From positions 571,001 through 635,000 of the forward strand of contig CAWATW010000004.1 of assembly GCA_963785075.1 (NCBI GenBank): DNA of 64,000 nt, read 5' to 3'. The position numbers were made by a program, and so were the translations under genes. Under the pieces are notes generated by a model, which ran no database searches, was not told the origin of the DNA, and saw only the letters and a program-made list of their open reading frames with translations. Numbering within the stretch: the first letter of the stretch is position 1; each line of letters opens with the position of its first letter. This document shows, piece after piece, positions 9,515-20,203 of the stretch. The DNA is from an uncultured bacterium (GTDB lineage: Bacteria > Actinomycetota > Acidimicrobiia > Spongiisociales > ZC4RG35).

Positions 9515-10246
9515 TCAGTAACCGACCTCCCAGAGGATGAGGCCCTGAGGAGGCGCTATGGGTCGGGCCGCAGCACGGTCCCTGGCCTCCAGCACGGCTC
9601 CGACCGCGGCCGGATCGACCCTCCCGCGGCCGGCATCGACGCAGAAGCCGACGATCGACCGAACCATCTGATGACAGAACGCCAGGGCCTTGATCGAGCA
9701 CACGACCAGTCCGTCCCTGTGCTCCCACCCGGCTTCGAGCACCGTTCGCACGGTCGTCTTGCCGTCGGCTCGGCGACAGAACGAAGCGAAGTCGTGTTCG
9801 CCCACGAAGCCTGCGGCCGCACGATTCATCGCCTCGAGGTCGAGAGGATCCGCCACATGCCAGGTGGACGCATGCAAGAGCGGGTCCGGATCCGGGGCGT
9901 TCATCACCCGGTACCGATAGCTCCGCCACGATGCCGAGAACCGGGCGTCGAAGCCGTCCTCGACCCGCCGACACTCCGACGCCACCACCCTGGGACCGAG
10001 CAGGCCGGTGACGGCCCGTTTGATTCGGTCGGGATCGACGTCCTGGTCGGTGACGAACGACATCACCTGACCTCGAGCATGGACTCCGGCGTCGGTGCGC
10101 CCGGCGCCGACCGTGTCAACGCGTCGCCCCAGAACCCGCTCGAGAACGGCCTCGATCTCGCCTTGCACGGTCTGTACCTCTGACTGACGGGCAAATCCGT
10201 GGAAGCCACCACCGTCGTAGCTGATGTCGAGCCGGTAGGTCGGCAC
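9515..10246 (-). CDS. truA: tRNA pseudouridine(38-40) synthase
   Basis: ISYDGGGFHGF, AGRTDAGVHARGQV, FCHQMVR; GTG start at 10246. Confidence 0.95.
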   Translation of the reverse strand: MPTYRLDISYDGGGFHGFARQSEVQTVQGEIEAVLERVLGRRVDTVGAGRTDAGVHARGQVMSFVTDQDVDPDRIKRAVTGLLGPRVVASECRRVEDGFDARFSASWRSYRYRVMNAPDPDPLLHASTWHVADPLDLEAMNRAAAGFVGEHDFASFCRRADGKTTVRTVLEAGWEHRDGLVVCSIKALAFCHQMVRSIVGFCVDAGRGRVDPAAVGAVLEARDRAAARPIAPPQGLILWEVGY

Positions 10247-10248
10247 GG

Positions 10249-10800
10249 TCAGAACAGCGCGCCGACCGCCGCCCCGACTCCGGTGAACGCGGCACCGATG
10301 AGCGTCTCGATGACGAAGAGGATGGCGGCCCCGATGGCCACCGCCAACACGGCGTTGCGACGGCTGAGCGACAACCCGACGGACGTACCGACGACAGCTG
10401 CGACCAGGAACCAGATGTAGCCGACGATGATCGACCAGGCACCGACCGTGCCGCCGACGATCGTCAGCACACCGAGGATGTTCGGGAGGTAGGCGAGGCC
10501 GTGCATCCTGAGCACCGTCTGCCAGTCGCCGACTCCTTCGAACAGCCGGGTCCCGACGAACCACGTGGCGACCGCCAGAAACACCCACCCGGCCAACGCG
10601 TTGATCGACGTGGTCACCAGACCCAGGACCAGCGCACCAAAAGCCCCTTGCGAGAAGACCTGCACGATGAACCGGGCTACGGCGACACCGATGACGATCA
10701 GCGCAGCATCGCCGGTGGCGTGCGACCCGAACAGCCACTCACCGAATGCGCTCCGATCGAGCGTGGCCGCGCGCCAGGCCTGTTGGAGAATCGGCTTCAC
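10249..10800 (-). CDS. Multi-pass membrane protein (Yip1-like)
   Basis: About five hydrophobic helices; tightly packed between NUDIX and truA. Confidence 0.6.
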   Translation of the reverse strand: MKPILQQAWRAATLDRSAFGEWLFGSHATGDAALIVIGVAVARFIVQVFSQGAFGALVLGLVTTSINALAGWVFLAVATWFVGTRLFEGVGDWQTVLRMHGLAYLPNILGVLTIVGGTVGAWSIIVGYIWFLVAAVVGTSVGLSLSRRNAVLAVAIGAAILFVIETLIGAAFTGVGAAVGALF

Positions 10801-10816
10801 GAGGGGTCAGAGTAGT

Positions 10817-11371
10817 TCACGGCGCGCCTTCTTCGAGTCGGAGCCTCGCCAGCTTCCTGGCGGTTCGCACCAGCCCTGCTTCGCCCATCTGTGCCATCTC
10901 TCCGAGGGGAACCCAGCGGACCGCCAGCGTGCCGTCGCCGGCGCCCATCTCGGTCCCACGGGCCACGAAAGCCCACCGGAGATCGAAATGCAGGTGGGCC
11001 GGCTCGCCACCCCGTGCGGGGAAACGGTGGACGTCGACGTCGATGGGACCCATCGCGTCGACCGAGTGGATCAGACACTCCTCGGCCACCTCGCGGCGGG
11101 CAGCGGACTCATGGCTCACATCGTCGTGTTCGACGTGCCCACCTGGTTGAAGCCACCGATCGAGCTTGGCGTGATGGATGAGAGCAACAGCCGACCCGTC
11201 CGGATGCACCACGAAGGCGCTAGCGGTGAGGTGGCCCGGCTCGAACCGATCCCGGTTCCACGGGTCCGGGAATCTGTCGAACAGATCCAACAGACCCTGG
11301 CGGTGGCTGCGTTCCAGTAAGTCGGCGGTGGCGTGCGCTTCGACGAGCGATCTGGTGTCGGCCCAATTCAT
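10817..11371 (-). CDS. NUDIX hydrolase
   Basis: HLTASAFV...WLQPGGHVE...AARREVAEE Nudix box. Confidence 0.9.
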   Translation of the reverse strand: MNWADTRSLVEAHATADLLERSHRQGLLDLFDRFPDPWNRDRFEPGHLTASAFVVHPDGSAVALIHHAKLDRWLQPGGHVEHDDVSHESAARREVAEECLIHSVDAMGPIDVDVHRFPARGGEPAHLHFDLRWAFVARGTEMGAGDGTLAVRWVPLGEMAQMGEAGLVRTARKLARLRLEEGAP

Positions 11372-12294
11372 CGGCGCCGGAGCCGAACCTGCTCGACGCT
11401 GTGATCGGAACCCTTCTCGAGAATCAGGGTCGCCCGTTCCCGGGTGTGGAGGATGTTCTCGTGCAGATTCGGTTCGTTGATCTCTTTCCAGATCCGTCGA
11501 GCCTCCGACTCGGCTTCCTCCTCGGACAGCGCCGCATACCGATGGAAGTAGGCGTCGGGATCCCGAAACGACGTCGCCTTCAGCGTCTGGAACCGCTCGA
11601 CGTACCAGGACTCGATGTGCTCCGGCTCGGCATCGACATAGATGGAGAAGTCGAAGAAGTCCGACACGTAGGTACCGGTCCCGCCACCCTGCAGCACATT
11701 GAGTCCTTCGAGGATGACGATGTCGGCCTGCTCCACCAGCCTTCGCTGCTGGGGCACGATGTCGTATGCCTGATGCGAGTACACGGGCACCGACACCCCG
11801 TCGACGCCGGCCTTCAGATCGCTCACGAAGTCGATGAGACCTCGACGATCGTAGGAATCGGGAAACCCCTTACGGTGCATGATCCCGCGTCGTTCGAGCT
11901 CGGCGTTGGAGAGAAGGAAGCCATCCGTCGTGACGAGATCGACTCGAGGATGGTCCGGCCAGCGGGCAAGGAGCGCCTGGAGGATACGGGCGATGGTCGA
12001 CTTCCCCACCGCCACCGAACCCGCCACCGCAATGACGTAAGGCACCGGGGTGCTGGGCTTGCCGAGGAACGTGTCGGTGACGCTGAACAACTGCTGTGAG
12101 GCGCGCACGTACAGGTTGAGAAGGCGCGACAGCGGCAGGTAGATCTGCTCGACCTCCGGCATCGACAGCTCGACGTTGATGCCCCGGATCCGTTCGAGAT
12201 CCTCTTCGCCAAGGGTCATCGGCGTGGAGGCACGCAGCGAGGCCCACTCGCCGCGTGAAAAATTCAAAAAGGGCGAAACCGTGCCGTCGGTCAT
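11368..12294 (-). CDS. coaA: Type I pantothenate kinase
   Basis: [20 protein letters not shown]-loop, [17 protein letters not shown]. Confidence 0.96.
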   Translation of the reverse strand: MTDGTVSPFLNFSRGEWASLRASTPMTLGEEDLERIRGINVELSMPEVEQIYLPLSRLLNLYVRASQQLFSVTDTFLGKPSTPVPYVIAVAGSVAVGKSTIARILQALLARWPDHPRVDLVTTDGFLLSNAELERRGIMHRKGFPDSYDRRGLIDFVSDLKAGVDGVSVPVYSHQAYDIVPQQRRLVEQADIVILEGLNVLQGGGTGTYVSDFFDFSIYVDAEPEHIESWYVERFQTLKATSFRDPDAYFHRYAALSEEEAESEARRIWKEINEPNLHENILHTRERATLILEKGSDHSVEQVRLRRR

Positions 12295-12302
12295 GAATTG
12301 TC

Positions 12303-12366
12303 CCCGGTCTCCAGTCTCCAGTCGCCCACAGGCAGCTGGCGACTGGTGACTGGTGACTGGTGACTC
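12303..12366. repeat. Inverted heptamer-array pair at the rplQ-coaA junction
   Basis: (CCAGTCT)n-CCAGTCGCC...GGCGACTGG-(TGACTGG)n. Confidence 0.85.
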
Positions 12367-12715
12367 AAACGAGTTCGATGATTGCCATCTCGGCGCCGTC
12401 GCCACGGCGCGGACCGAGCTTCACGATCCGGGTGTAGCCGCCGGGGCGTTCGGCGTACCGCGGCGCAACGTCGTCGAACAGCTTGGTGACGACTTCGTTG
12501 TCGGTGATCGTGCGGAGCACGGTGCGCCGATTGTGCAGCGAACCGCCGCGAGCCTTGGTGATCATCTTCTCGGCGAGAGGCCGGACCGCCTTGGCCTTGG
12601 CCAGCGTGGTCTCGACCCGCTCTTCCTTGATGAGCGACGTGGTCAAGTTCGAGAGAATCAACGCCTCGTTGGCCGGCGACCGACCGAGACGCGCACCCTT
12701 GCGCGGGCGAGGCAT
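12365..12715 (-). CDS. rplQ: 50S ribosomal protein L17
   Basis: [34 protein letters not shown]. Confidence 0.98.
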   Translation of the reverse strand: MPRPRKGARLGRSPANEALILSNLTTSLIKEERVETTLAKAKAVRPLAEKMITKARGGSLHNRRTVLRTITDNEVVTKLFDDVAPRYAERPGGYTRIVKLGPRRGDGAEMAIIELV

Positions 12716-13653
12716 CAGGCACCTCCCCCGTCGGCGAGGCTCAGACCGAGCTCGTCGAGCTTGGCGCCGACTTCCTCGAGGCTCTTCTGACCGAAGTTCG
12801 TGATGTTGAGCAGGTCGTCGGCCGTCCGCTGTACCAGCTCGCCCACGGTCTTGATCTGTGCCCGTCGCAGGCAGTTGCGCGGCCGCTCGGACAGGTCGAG
12901 GGCCTCGATCGGCAGGTCGAGATCTGGAGAGCCCATGCCCTCCGCTTCCCGTTCGCCGAGCTCGAGACCGACGCCCTCACCCATGTCGGCGAAGAGTGAC
13001 ATGAGCTCGCGCAGGGTCTTTCCTGCAGACGAGATCGCCTCCGCCGGGCTGATGGAGCCGTTGGTCTCGACATCGATCACCAGACGGTCGAAGTTGGTCA
13101 TCTGCCCGACCTGGGTGTTCTCCACCTGATAGGCGACCTTGCGGACAGGCGAGAAGATCGAGTCGACCGGAATGACACCGATGGAACCGCTGCCCTTGTT
13201 CGAGTCGGCGGAGCGATATCCGACGCCAGGGGCGACGACGAGCTCCATCTCGAGCCGGCTGCTCGCCGACATGGTTGCGATGTGGAGATCGGGGTTGACG
13301 ATCTCGACGCCGGCCGGGACCTTGAGGTCACCCGCCGTGACACTGCCTGCACCCTTTGCGGACAGGTAGAGCGTCTGCTCGTCCACTCCGTCGAGCTTCA
13401 CGACGATGTTCTTGATGTTGAGGATGATGTCGACGACATCCTCCACCACCCCGGGGACGGTGGAGAACTCATGCTGGATGCCCTCGACCTGGATGGATGT
13501 GACGGCGGCCCCGGGAATCCGGGACAGCAAGGTACGACGCAGGGTGTTCCCCAGCGTGTAGCCGAATCCCGGCTCGAGGGGCTCGATCGCGAAGCGCGAG
13601 CGAGTATCGGCGATCTTCTCTTCCTCGATCTGGGGACGCTGAACGATCAACAC
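12715..13653 (-). CDS. rpoA: RNA polymerase subunit alpha
   Basis: [30 protein letters not shown]. Confidence 0.98.
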   Translation of the reverse strand: MLIVQRPQIEEEKIADTRSRFAIEPLEPGFGYTLGNTLRRTLLSRIPGAAVTSIQVEGIQHEFSTVPGVVEDVVDIILNIKNIVVKLDGVDEQTLYLSAKGAGSVTAGDLKVPAGVEIVNPDLHIATMSASSRLEMELVVAPGVGYRSADSNKGSGSIGVIPVDSIFSPVRKVAYQVENTQVGQMTNFDRLVIDVETNGSISPAEAISSAGKTLRELMSLFADMGEGVGLELGEREAEGMGSPDLDLPIEALDLSERPRNCLRRAQIKTVGELVQRTADDLLNITNFGQKSLEEVGAKLDELGLSLADGGGA

Positions 13654-13674
13654 GATGACGGACCTCTCGCTGGA

Positions 13675-14280
13675 TTACTTGGAGTAGAGCTCAACGATGA
13701 GCTGCTCGTTGATTGCTGTATCGATCTGATGCCTGCTCGGAAGATCCCGAACGACCACCTTGCGGTCGCCGTGGTCCACATCGAGCCACTCGGGCGTGGG
13801 ACGGCCCAGCGTGTCCACGGAGTGCTGGACGACGATCAGGTCTTTCGAGCCTTCCTTCAGCGTGATCACGTCACCGGAGCGAACGCGATACGACGCGATG
13901 TCGACCTTCTTCCCATTCACGCGGAAATGGCCATGGTTCACGAGCTGACGAGCCTGGGGCCGGGTCTCTGCGAGACCGGCACGCCACACGACGTTGTCGA
14001 GACGGGACTCGAGCAGCCTGAGGAGGTTGTCGCCGGTGATGCCACCCTGGCGCGACGCCAACTCGTAGTAGTTCCTGAACTGGCGTTCGAGCACGCCGTA
14101 CATCGCGCGAAGCTTCTGCTTCTCGCGAAGCTGCACCAGGTAGTCGGACTCGCGAATCCGGCCGCGGCCGTGCTGGCCGGGAGGATACGGGCGACGATCA
14201 ACCGGGCATTTCTTCGACTGGCAGAGCGGCTGCCGGGCACGCCGGCAGGCCTTGTGACGAGGTCCTGTGTTACGAGCCAT
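13675..14280 (-). CDS. rpsD: 30S ribosomal protein S4
   Basis: PPGQHG, QLREKQK, LESRLDNVV, ARQLVNHGH, LIVELYSK. Confidence 0.98.
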   Translation of the reverse strand: MARNTGPRHKACRRARQPLCQSKKCPVDRRPYPPGQHGRGRIRESDYLVQLREKQKLRAMYGVLERQFRNYYELASRQGGITGDNLLRLLESRLDNVVWRAGLAETRPQARQLVNHGHFRVNGKKVDIASYRVRSGDVITLKEGSKDLIVVQHSVDTLGRPTPEWLDVDHGDRKVVVRDLPSRHQIDTAINEQLIVELYSK

Positions 14281-14281
14281 G

Positions 14282-14680
14282 TCAACCCCTCCGGCGCTTC
14301 TTGGGACGGCAGCCGTTGTGCGGGATCGGTGTCACGTCTTTGATGCCGGTGATCTCGAGACCCATGTTCTGGAGGGTCCGAACGGCGGTGTCACGACCGG
14401 AGCCGGTGCCGCTGACGATCACGTCGAGCTTGCGGATCCCGTGCTCTCCGGCTCGGCGGGCAGCCTCTTCGGCAGCCACCTGGGCGGCGTATGGGGTCGA
14501 CTTGCGCGAGCCCTTGAAACCGACCGAACCGCCAGAGGTCCACACGACGGAGTTACCGACCTGATCAGTGATGTTGATGATGGTGTTGTTGAAGCTGGCC
14601 TTGATGTGAGCCTGGCCGTGCGCGATGTTCTTGCGCTCGCGGCGGCGGACCCGCTTCGCACCTTGTTGAGGCTTTGCCAT
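14282..14680 (-). CDS. rpsK: 30S ribosomal protein S11
   Basis: [25 protein letters not shown]. Confidence 0.98.
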   Translation of the reverse strand: MAKPQQGAKRVRRRERKNIAHGQAHIKASFNNTIINITDQVGNSVVWTSGGSVGFKGSRKSTPYAAQVAAEEAARRAGEHGIRKLDVIVSGTGSGRDTAVRTLQNMGLEITGIKDVTPIPHNGCRPKKRRRG

Positions 14681-14689
14681 GCGGTACTC

Positions 14690-15070
14690 CTACTTCTTCC
14701 CGGCCTTCTTCTTACCGGCGATGGCCGAACGCTTGCCCTTGCGCCCTCGGGCGTTGGTGTGCGTGCGCTGACCACGGACGGGAAGCCCCCTGCGGTGGCG
14801 AATGCCCTGGTACGAGCCGATCTCGATCTTGCGCTTGATGTTCTGCTGAACCTCACGACGGAGGTCGCCTTCGACCCGGTAGTTCTGATCGATGAACCGG
14901 CGGATCTTCGCCGTCTCGTCGTCGGTGAGGTCGCGGACCCGGGTCCCGGGATCGAGACTCAGCTCTTCGCAGATCTGTTGACTCCGGGTCAACCCGATTC
15001 CGAAGATGTAGGTGAGGCCGATCTCCAGACGCTTGTCGCGTGGGAGGTCGACACCTGCGATACGTGCCAT
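14690..15070 (-). CDS. rpsM: 30S ribosomal protein S13
   Basis: [25 protein letters not shown]. Confidence 0.98.
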   Translation of the reverse strand: MARIAGVDLPRDKRLEIGLTYIFGIGLTRSQQICEELSLDPGTRVRDLTDDETAKIRRFIDQNYRVEGDLRREVQQNIKRKIEIGSYQGIRHRRGLPVRGQRTHTNARGRKGKRSAIAGKKKAGKK

Positions 15071-15071
15071 C

Positions 15072-15185
15072 TCAACCCTGCCGTTGCTTGTGTCGGGGGT
15101 TCGAGCAGATCACCCAGACCCGGCCTCGCCGGCGGATGATCCGACACTTCTCGCACATACGTTTTGTCGAAGGACGAACCTTCAT
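15072..15185 (-). CDS. rpmJ: 50S ribosomal protein L36 (Zn-binding C+ type)
   Basis: [37 protein letters not shown]. Confidence 0.97.
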   Translation of the reverse strand: MKVRPSTKRMCEKCRIIRRRGRVWVICSNPRHKQRQG

Positions 15186-15429
15186 GTCACTCTCCATTCG
15201 GCCGGGGTCTCCCCCGCCGCCGCCATCTCGACTGTGTGGCTCCTGAGCCCTGTCATTCTCGGACTCCCTGGGATCGGCCCGGCGGTAGGCGTGGATCGGG
15301 TACACCGGAACGTGCCGGGGACTCGATCCGGGACCTCGCCCGCGTGACACGCCGCGCCCCGGAACTCGACTCGAAGAGAGGGTTCGGAGAGGCTCGGTAG
15401 ACGCGCGGGCGCCCAGAGACCGGACCGCA

Positions 15430-15459
15430 ATGATACGCGCGATCTGGGGAGAACGCCAA
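15430..15459 (-). promoter_or_regulatory. Candidate sigmaA promoter for the alpha operon
   Basis: TTGGCG-N18-TATCAT on the minus strand, about 245 nt upstream of rpmJ. Confidence 0.5.
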
Positions 15460-15641
15460 ACTGGACAACCCGGCCAACGGCCGCCGGCCCACAGCCGACT
15501 GCCGCTGAAGGAATGGGCGAGATCCGAGCGGGCACCACCTCCCCTCGCCAAGCCCGTGAAGAGCGAGTTGGCCGTGGGCTGTCGGCCGTCTGCCGCCTGA
15601 CCCGACCGGCGTCCAGCGGCCAATCGAGGGCGGTCGCGTGG

Positions 15642-16424
15642 CTATCCGAGGGAGACGGGGATCTTGGCGTCTTCGGGTACGGTGGTGACGACCACGCCGT
15701 CGGGGGTGATGCAGACCGTGTGCTCCCAATGGGCGGAGAGGCTGCCGTCTGCGGTGCGGACCGTCCAATGGTCGTCGTCCACCTTGGTCTCGGCGCCTCC
15801 GAGGTTGAACATGGGTTCGATGCACACGGCCATTCCCGTTCGGAGCTTGGTTCCCTTGCCGCGAACGCCGTAGTTGGGGATCTGCGGTTCCTCGTGCATC
15901 TGGCGTCCGATGCCGTGGCCCACGTACTCACGGACGACGCCGTAGCCGTGGGGCTCGGCCACTGCAGAGACGGCGGCGCCGATGTCGCCGACACGGGCAC
16001 CGTGCTTGACCTGTGCGATCCCTGCCCACATGCCCTGTTCGGTCACGTCGATGAGAGACTGGGCCTCCGGGGAGATGTCACCGATCCCCATGGTGAAGGC
16101 GGCGTCGCCGTGATACCCCTCGAAGATGGCACCCGCATCGATCGACACGATGTCGCCTTCTTCGAGCCGATAGTCGCCGGGGATGCCATGCACGATCACA
16201 TCGTTGGGCGATGCGCAGATCACGCCGGGGAACGGTGGGTGGCTGTACCCGAGGAAGGAACCGACACACGAATGTGCTTCGAGCACGACGCGGGCCACCT
16301 CGTCGAGCCTGCGCATGCTCACCCCGGGAGCGGCCGCCTCGCGTATCGCCTCGTGCATCACCGCCACGCACCGACCGGCGAGCTCCATCTTTGCAAACTC
16401 CTTGCGGTTCTTGATGGTGATCAT
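15642..16424 (-). CDS. map: Methionine aminopeptidase type I
   Basis: HGIP, SIDAGA, GYHGDAA, GHGIG, IEPM, SAHWEHT. Confidence 0.96.
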   Translation of the reverse strand: MITIKNRKEFAKMELAGRCVAVMHEAIREAAAPGVSMRRLDEVARVVLEAHSCVGSFLGYSHPPFPGVICASPNDVIVHGIPGDYRLEEGDIVSIDAGAIFEGYHGDAAFTMGIGDISPEAQSLIDVTEQGMWAGIAQVKHGARVGDIGAAVSAVAEPHGYGVVREYVGHGIGRQMHEEPQIPNYGVRGKGTKLRTGMAVCIEPMFNLGGAETKVDDDHWTVRTADGSLSAHWEHTVCITPDGVVVTTVPEDAKIPVSLG

Positions 16425-16457
16425 CCGAGGCGCTCCTGCGGAGCGCCGTCCAGCGCA

Positions 16458-16516
16458 TTGCGTCTTGCGTCCGGCGCCATCGATGCGCATGACGCATGAC
16501 GCATGACGCATGACGT
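16458..16516. repeat. Heptamer-array pair at the adk-map junction
   Basis: TGCGTCTTGCGTC...(GCATGAC)x4. Confidence 0.8.
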
Positions 16517-16521
16517 GTCAC

Positions 16522-17070
16522 TCACGCCGAAGCCCCGAGCTGATCGAGGACCCTCGCCGTCACCGATTCGATCTCGCCCATTGCGTTCACCCGACGAATG
16601 AGGTGGCGACCGTCGTAGAGCTCGATCAGCGGAGCCGTCTGCTCGTTGTAGACCTCGAGACGGGTGCGAATCGTGTCTTCGTTGTCGTCTGCGCGACCAC
16701 GCGACAGCATGCGGCCGACGACCTCGTCCTCGTCCACTTCGAACAGCACCACGGCGTCGAGGCCGTTCTCGCCGAGCAGGTCGTCCAAGGCCTTCGCCTG
16801 CGGGAGGGTCCGCGGAAACCCATCCAGGATGTATCCATTGGCGGCATCGGGCTGGCCGATCCGGTCTTGGAGCATCTCGATGACGATGTCGTCGGACACG
16901 TATCCACCCGACTCCATGATGCTCTTCACCCGCCGACCGAGGTCGGTTTCGGGATCGAGCGCACGGAACATGTCGCCGGTAGACACATGAGCGATCCCCA
17001 GCGCCTCGGCCACCCGTTGCGCCTGAGTACCTTTGCCTGCTCCGGGAGGCCCCACGAACAGAAGCCTCAT
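16522..17070 (-). CDS. adk: Adenylate kinase (short LID)
   Basis: GPPGAGKGTQA, STGDMFR, LDGFPR, RGRADD. Confidence 0.97.
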   Translation of the reverse strand: MRLLFVGPPGAGKGTQAQRVAEALGIAHVSTGDMFRALDPETDLGRRVKSIMESGGYVSDDIVIEMLQDRIGQPDAANGYILDGFPRTLPQAKALDDLLGENGLDAVVLFEVDEDEVVGRMLSRGRADDNEDTIRTRLEVYNEQTAPLIELYDGRHLIRRVNAMGEIESVTARVLDQLGASA

Positions 17071-17076
17071 GGGAAC

Positions 17077-17150
17077 AGTCTCCAGTCTCCAGTCTCCAGT
17101 CTCCAGCCAGACCCCGCCGTGCCGGCGACTGGTGACCGGTGACCGGTGAC
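17077..17150. repeat. Inverted heptamer-array pair at the secY-adk junction
   Basis: (CAGTCTC)x4...GGCGACTGG(TGACCGG)x2 TGAC. Confidence 0.85.
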
Positions 17151-17167
17151 GAGCGAGCGAAGCGAGC

Positions 17168-18493
17168 TCATGTGAGGAACCCTTCGTAGTTCCGCATCGT
17201 CAGCTGGCTCTCGATCTGCTTCATCGTTTCGAGCGCCACGCCGACGACGATCAGGATCGACACGCCCGAGAAACTGATGTTGATGCCCCAGATGAGCCCG
17301 GCGAGGATCGGAGCAATGGAGATGAAGGCCAGGAACAGCGATCCGGGGAGCGTGATCCGGTTCAGGATGTGACTCAGGTACCCGGCGGTCTGCTTGCCAG
17401 GTCGTTGACCGGGAATGAACCCTCCCTGTCGCTGGATCATGTCGGCCTGCCGCACGGGATCGAACTGGATGGCGGTGTAGAAGTACGTGAAGAACACCAC
17501 GAGCCCGAACAGGATCAGCACGTACCACCAGCTGATGGCTCCCCCGGCCCCGCCACCGAGGTTGCGGTCGACCCAGTTCCGAATGCTCGTCATCCACAGC
17601 CCGTCGCTGGGAATGGCGGTGGCGAGCAGGGCTGGGAAGAGCATCACCGAGGTCGCAAAGATCACAGGGATCACGCCGGCGGTGTTGACCTTCAGCGGGA
17701 TGTAGGTGGCGTTGCCGCCCATCATCCGTCGACCGCGGACGCGCTTCGCGAACTGGATCGGTATCCGGCGCTGGCCCTGATCGATGAAGATGATGGCGGC
17801 GATCATCAGCAGGAAGACCAGCATGATCACCGCAAAACCGACGTAATTCTGGTTGCCGGCGGTCTGAAGCCAGATCTGACCGAACACCGATGGGAACTGG
17901 CTGAGGATCGACAGGAAGATCAGCAGCGACATGCCGTTGCCCACGCCGCGTTGGGTGATCAATTCCCCGAGCCACATGACGAAGGCCGTACCGGCCGTCA
18001 TCGTGAGCACGATCAAACCGACGTTCCACCACACATAGTTCGGGATGAACACGATGCCATTGGTCAGGGTGCTCCCCCGTCCGAACGCCCAGGTGAACCC
18101 GGTCGACTGGATGAGGGCAAGGACCACCGTCAGATAGCGGGTCCACTGCGTGATGACTTTCTGGCCGGATTGGCCCTCCTCCTGGAGTGCCTGGAGCTTG
18201 GGGATCACCACCGTCAGCAACTGCATGATGATGGATGCCGTGATGTACGGCAGGATTCCCAACGCGAACACGGAGAACTGTTCGAGCGCACCACCGGAAA
18301 AGAGGTTGAGGAGTCCATAGATTCCTCCTTGCTCGTTCAGGTTGGCGAACTGCTCGATCGCCTGGAGGTCGGTGCCCGGCACGGGAATGTTGGCTCCCAG
18401 CCGGTACACGGCGAACATCGCCAGCGTGAAGAGGATCTTCTTGCGAAGATCCGGTATGGCGAACATGTGTCGATAGATCGACAGAACACTCAT
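17168..18493 (-). CDS. secY: Preprotein translocase SecY
   Basis: FALGILPYITASII, GNGMSLLIF, IPLKVNTAGVIPVIFA, GGFIPG. Confidence 0.98.
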   Translation of the reverse strand: MSVLSIYRHMFAIPDLRKKILFTLAMFAVYRLGANIPVPGTDLQAIEQFANLNEQGGIYGLLNLFSGGALEQFSVFALGILPYITASIIMQLLTVVIPKLQALQEEGQSGQKVITQWTRYLTVVLALIQSTGFTWAFGRGSTLTNGIVFIPNYVWWNVGLIVLTMTAGTAFVMWLGELITQRGVGNGMSLLIFLSILSQFPSVFGQIWLQTAGNQNYVGFAVIMLVFLLMIAAIIFIDQGQRRIPIQFAKRVRGRRMMGGNATYIPLKVNTAGVIPVIFATSVMLFPALLATAIPSDGLWMTSIRNWVDRNLGGGAGGAISWWYVLILFGLVVFFTYFYTAIQFDPVRQADMIQRQGGFIPGQRPGKQTAGYLSHILNRITLPGSLFLAFISIAPILAGLIWGINISFSGVSILIVVGVALETMKQIESQLTMRNYEGFLT

Positions 18494-18553
18494 CGGCCAC
18501 GTCCTCCCAGGGCGCTCACAGGCTACCGGCCTCCCACATTTGTGGGACCGGCC

Positions 18554-19018
18554 TCATTTGACCAGTTCGACCGAGCCGCCTGCAGCTTCGATCTTCTTCT
18601 GCGCCGCCTGGCTGATGGCGTGCGTCGTGACAGCGATGGCATGGGTGATCTCGCCCTCGGCGAGCACCTTGATACGTCCCCTGTGCTTCACGAGACCCCG
18701 GTCACGCAGCACGTCCGGGGTGACGTCGGAGCCGGCACCGAACGACTCGGCGAGCACGCCGACGTTCACGACGGTGAAGGTCTCCTTGTTCGGGTTCGTG
18801 AACCCTGGCAACTTGGGGAGACGCCGAGACAGCGGGGTCTGCCCACCTTCGAATCCGGGGCGCAGCGTGTTGCGGGCCTTGAGACCCTTCGTGCCGCGAC
18901 CGGCGGTCTTGCCGCGACGGCCGCCTTCTCCGCGCCCCACCCGGATCTTGGCCTTCTTGGACCCCGGAGCAGGAGCAAGATGGTGCAGTTTGAGTTGTTC
19001 CTTTTCAGCGTCAGCCAT
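18554..19018 (-). CDS. rplO: 50S ribosomal protein L15
   Basis: RVGRG...GKTAGRGTKG...FEGGQTPL. Confidence 0.97.
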   Translation of the reverse strand: MADAEKEQLKLHHLAPAPGSKKAKIRVGRGEGGRRGKTAGRGTKGLKARNTLRPGFEGGQTPLSRRLPKLPGFTNPNKETFTVVNVGVLAESFGAGSDVTPDVLRDRGLVKHRGRIKVLAEGEITHAIAVTTHAISQAAQKKIEAAGGSVELVK

Positions 19019-19032
19019 GTTGTGAACCCTCC

Positions 19033-19093
19033 GTCATGCGCTTTGCGTCATGCGTCGTCTTGCGCAGGACGCAAGACGCAAGACACAAGACGT
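19033..19093. repeat. Inverted heptamer-array pair at the rpmD-rplO junction
   Basis: GTCATGCG..TGCGTCATGCGTC...GGACGCAAGACGCAAGACACAAGACG. Confidence 0.75.
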
Positions 19094-19279
19094 CTACTTC
19101 TTCTCTTCCACCTCGATGAGGTGGCGCACCTTGTGCAGCATTCCTCGCACATCGGGCGTGTCATTGTGTTCTACGGTCTGGTGGAGCTTGCGGAGCCCGA
19201 GACCACGCACGGTTGCGCGGGTCTTTGGCTTTTCCCCGATCGTGCTTCGCTTCAATGTCACCAGCAGCTTGTCGGCCAT
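19094..19279 (-). CDS. rpmD: 50S ribosomal protein L30
   Basis: TLKRSTIG...LGLRK...[11 protein letters not shown]. Confidence 0.97.
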   Translation of the reverse strand: MADKLLVTLKRSTIGEKPKTRATVRGLGLRKLHQTVEHNDTPDVRGMLHKVRHLIEVEEKK

Positions 19280-19289
19280 GATCCCTCCG

Positions 19290-19850
19290 TCAACTGTGAG
19301 CCCGGACGGACTCGGTCGAGCGGTAGGCGGCCAGCAGCGCCGGCGGCACGAAATCTTCGGCCTGCTTCCCGCGAAGCTTGGCGACCTCGTCCGGGCGACG
19401 CTGCCCCTTCAGGGCGTTGACGGTCGCCCGAGCCACGTTGAGGTGCGTCGGAGAGCCCAGCGACTTGGCCAGGACATCCTTCACACCAGCGGCCTCGAGG
19501 ATCTGACGGGCGGCTCCGCCGGCGATCACACCGGTACCGGGAGCAGCGGGCTTCACCATCACGCGGGAGGCATCGTGTTCACCCACCGTCTCGTGGATGA
19601 TGGTCTGGCCGGCCATCGGCACCATGAACATCGAACGACGTGCGATCTCCATGCCCTTCTGGATGGCGGCCGGGACTTCCTTGGCCTTCCCGTAGCCCAC
19701 GCCGACCTTGCCGCTGCCGTCGCCGACCACGCACAGGGCCGTGAAGGAGAACCGCCGGCCACCCTTGACGACCTTCGCCACGCGGTTGATCTGCACGACT
19801 CGCTCGTCGAACTGACTTTCTTGTTGATCTCGATCTCGTGGTCCAGCCAT
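19290..19850 (-). CDS. rpsE: 30S ribosomal protein S5
   Basis: [24 protein letters not shown]. Confidence 0.98.
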   Translation of the reverse strand: MAGPRDRDQQESQFDERVVQINRVAKVVKGGRRFSFTALCVVGDGSGKVGVGYGKAKEVPAAIQKGMEIARRSMFMVPMAGQTIIHETVGEHDASRVMVKPAAPGTGVIAGGAARQILEAAGVKDVLAKSLGSPTHLNVARATVNALKGQRRPDEVAKLRGKQAEDFVPPALLAAYRSTESVRAHS

Positions 19851-20203
19851 CAGAACTCCAATCCCGCCTCACGGGCGGCGTCTGCCAGGGCCTTGACACG
19901 ACCGTGGAACTTGTAGCCGCCTCGGTCGAACACCACCGTGGAGACACCGGCCGTCTTGGCCCGCTCCGCCAGCAGCTTCCCGACCTCGGAGGCGGTGCCC
20001 ACGCTCAACGTCTTCGAGCGTAGATCCTTCTCCTGCGACGATGCGGCGGCCACCGTGTGTCCGCTGGCATCGTCGATCACCTGGGCATAGATGTACCGGT
20101 TCGACCGATACACAGCCAGCCTCGGACGCGCTGTTGTCCCGGCCAACGCTCTTCGCACCCGGGCATGCCGGCGCACACGAGCGGACTGTCGTGACTTCGA
20201 CAT
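19850..20203 (-). CDS. rplR: 50S ribosomal protein L18
   Basis: [37 protein letters not shown]. Confidence 0.97.
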   Translation of the reverse strand: MSKSRQSARVRRHARVRRALAGTTARPRLAVYRSNRYIYAQVIDDASGHTVAAASSQEKDLRSKTLSVGTASEVGKLLAERAKTAGVSTVVFDRGGYKFHGRVKALADAAREAGLEF

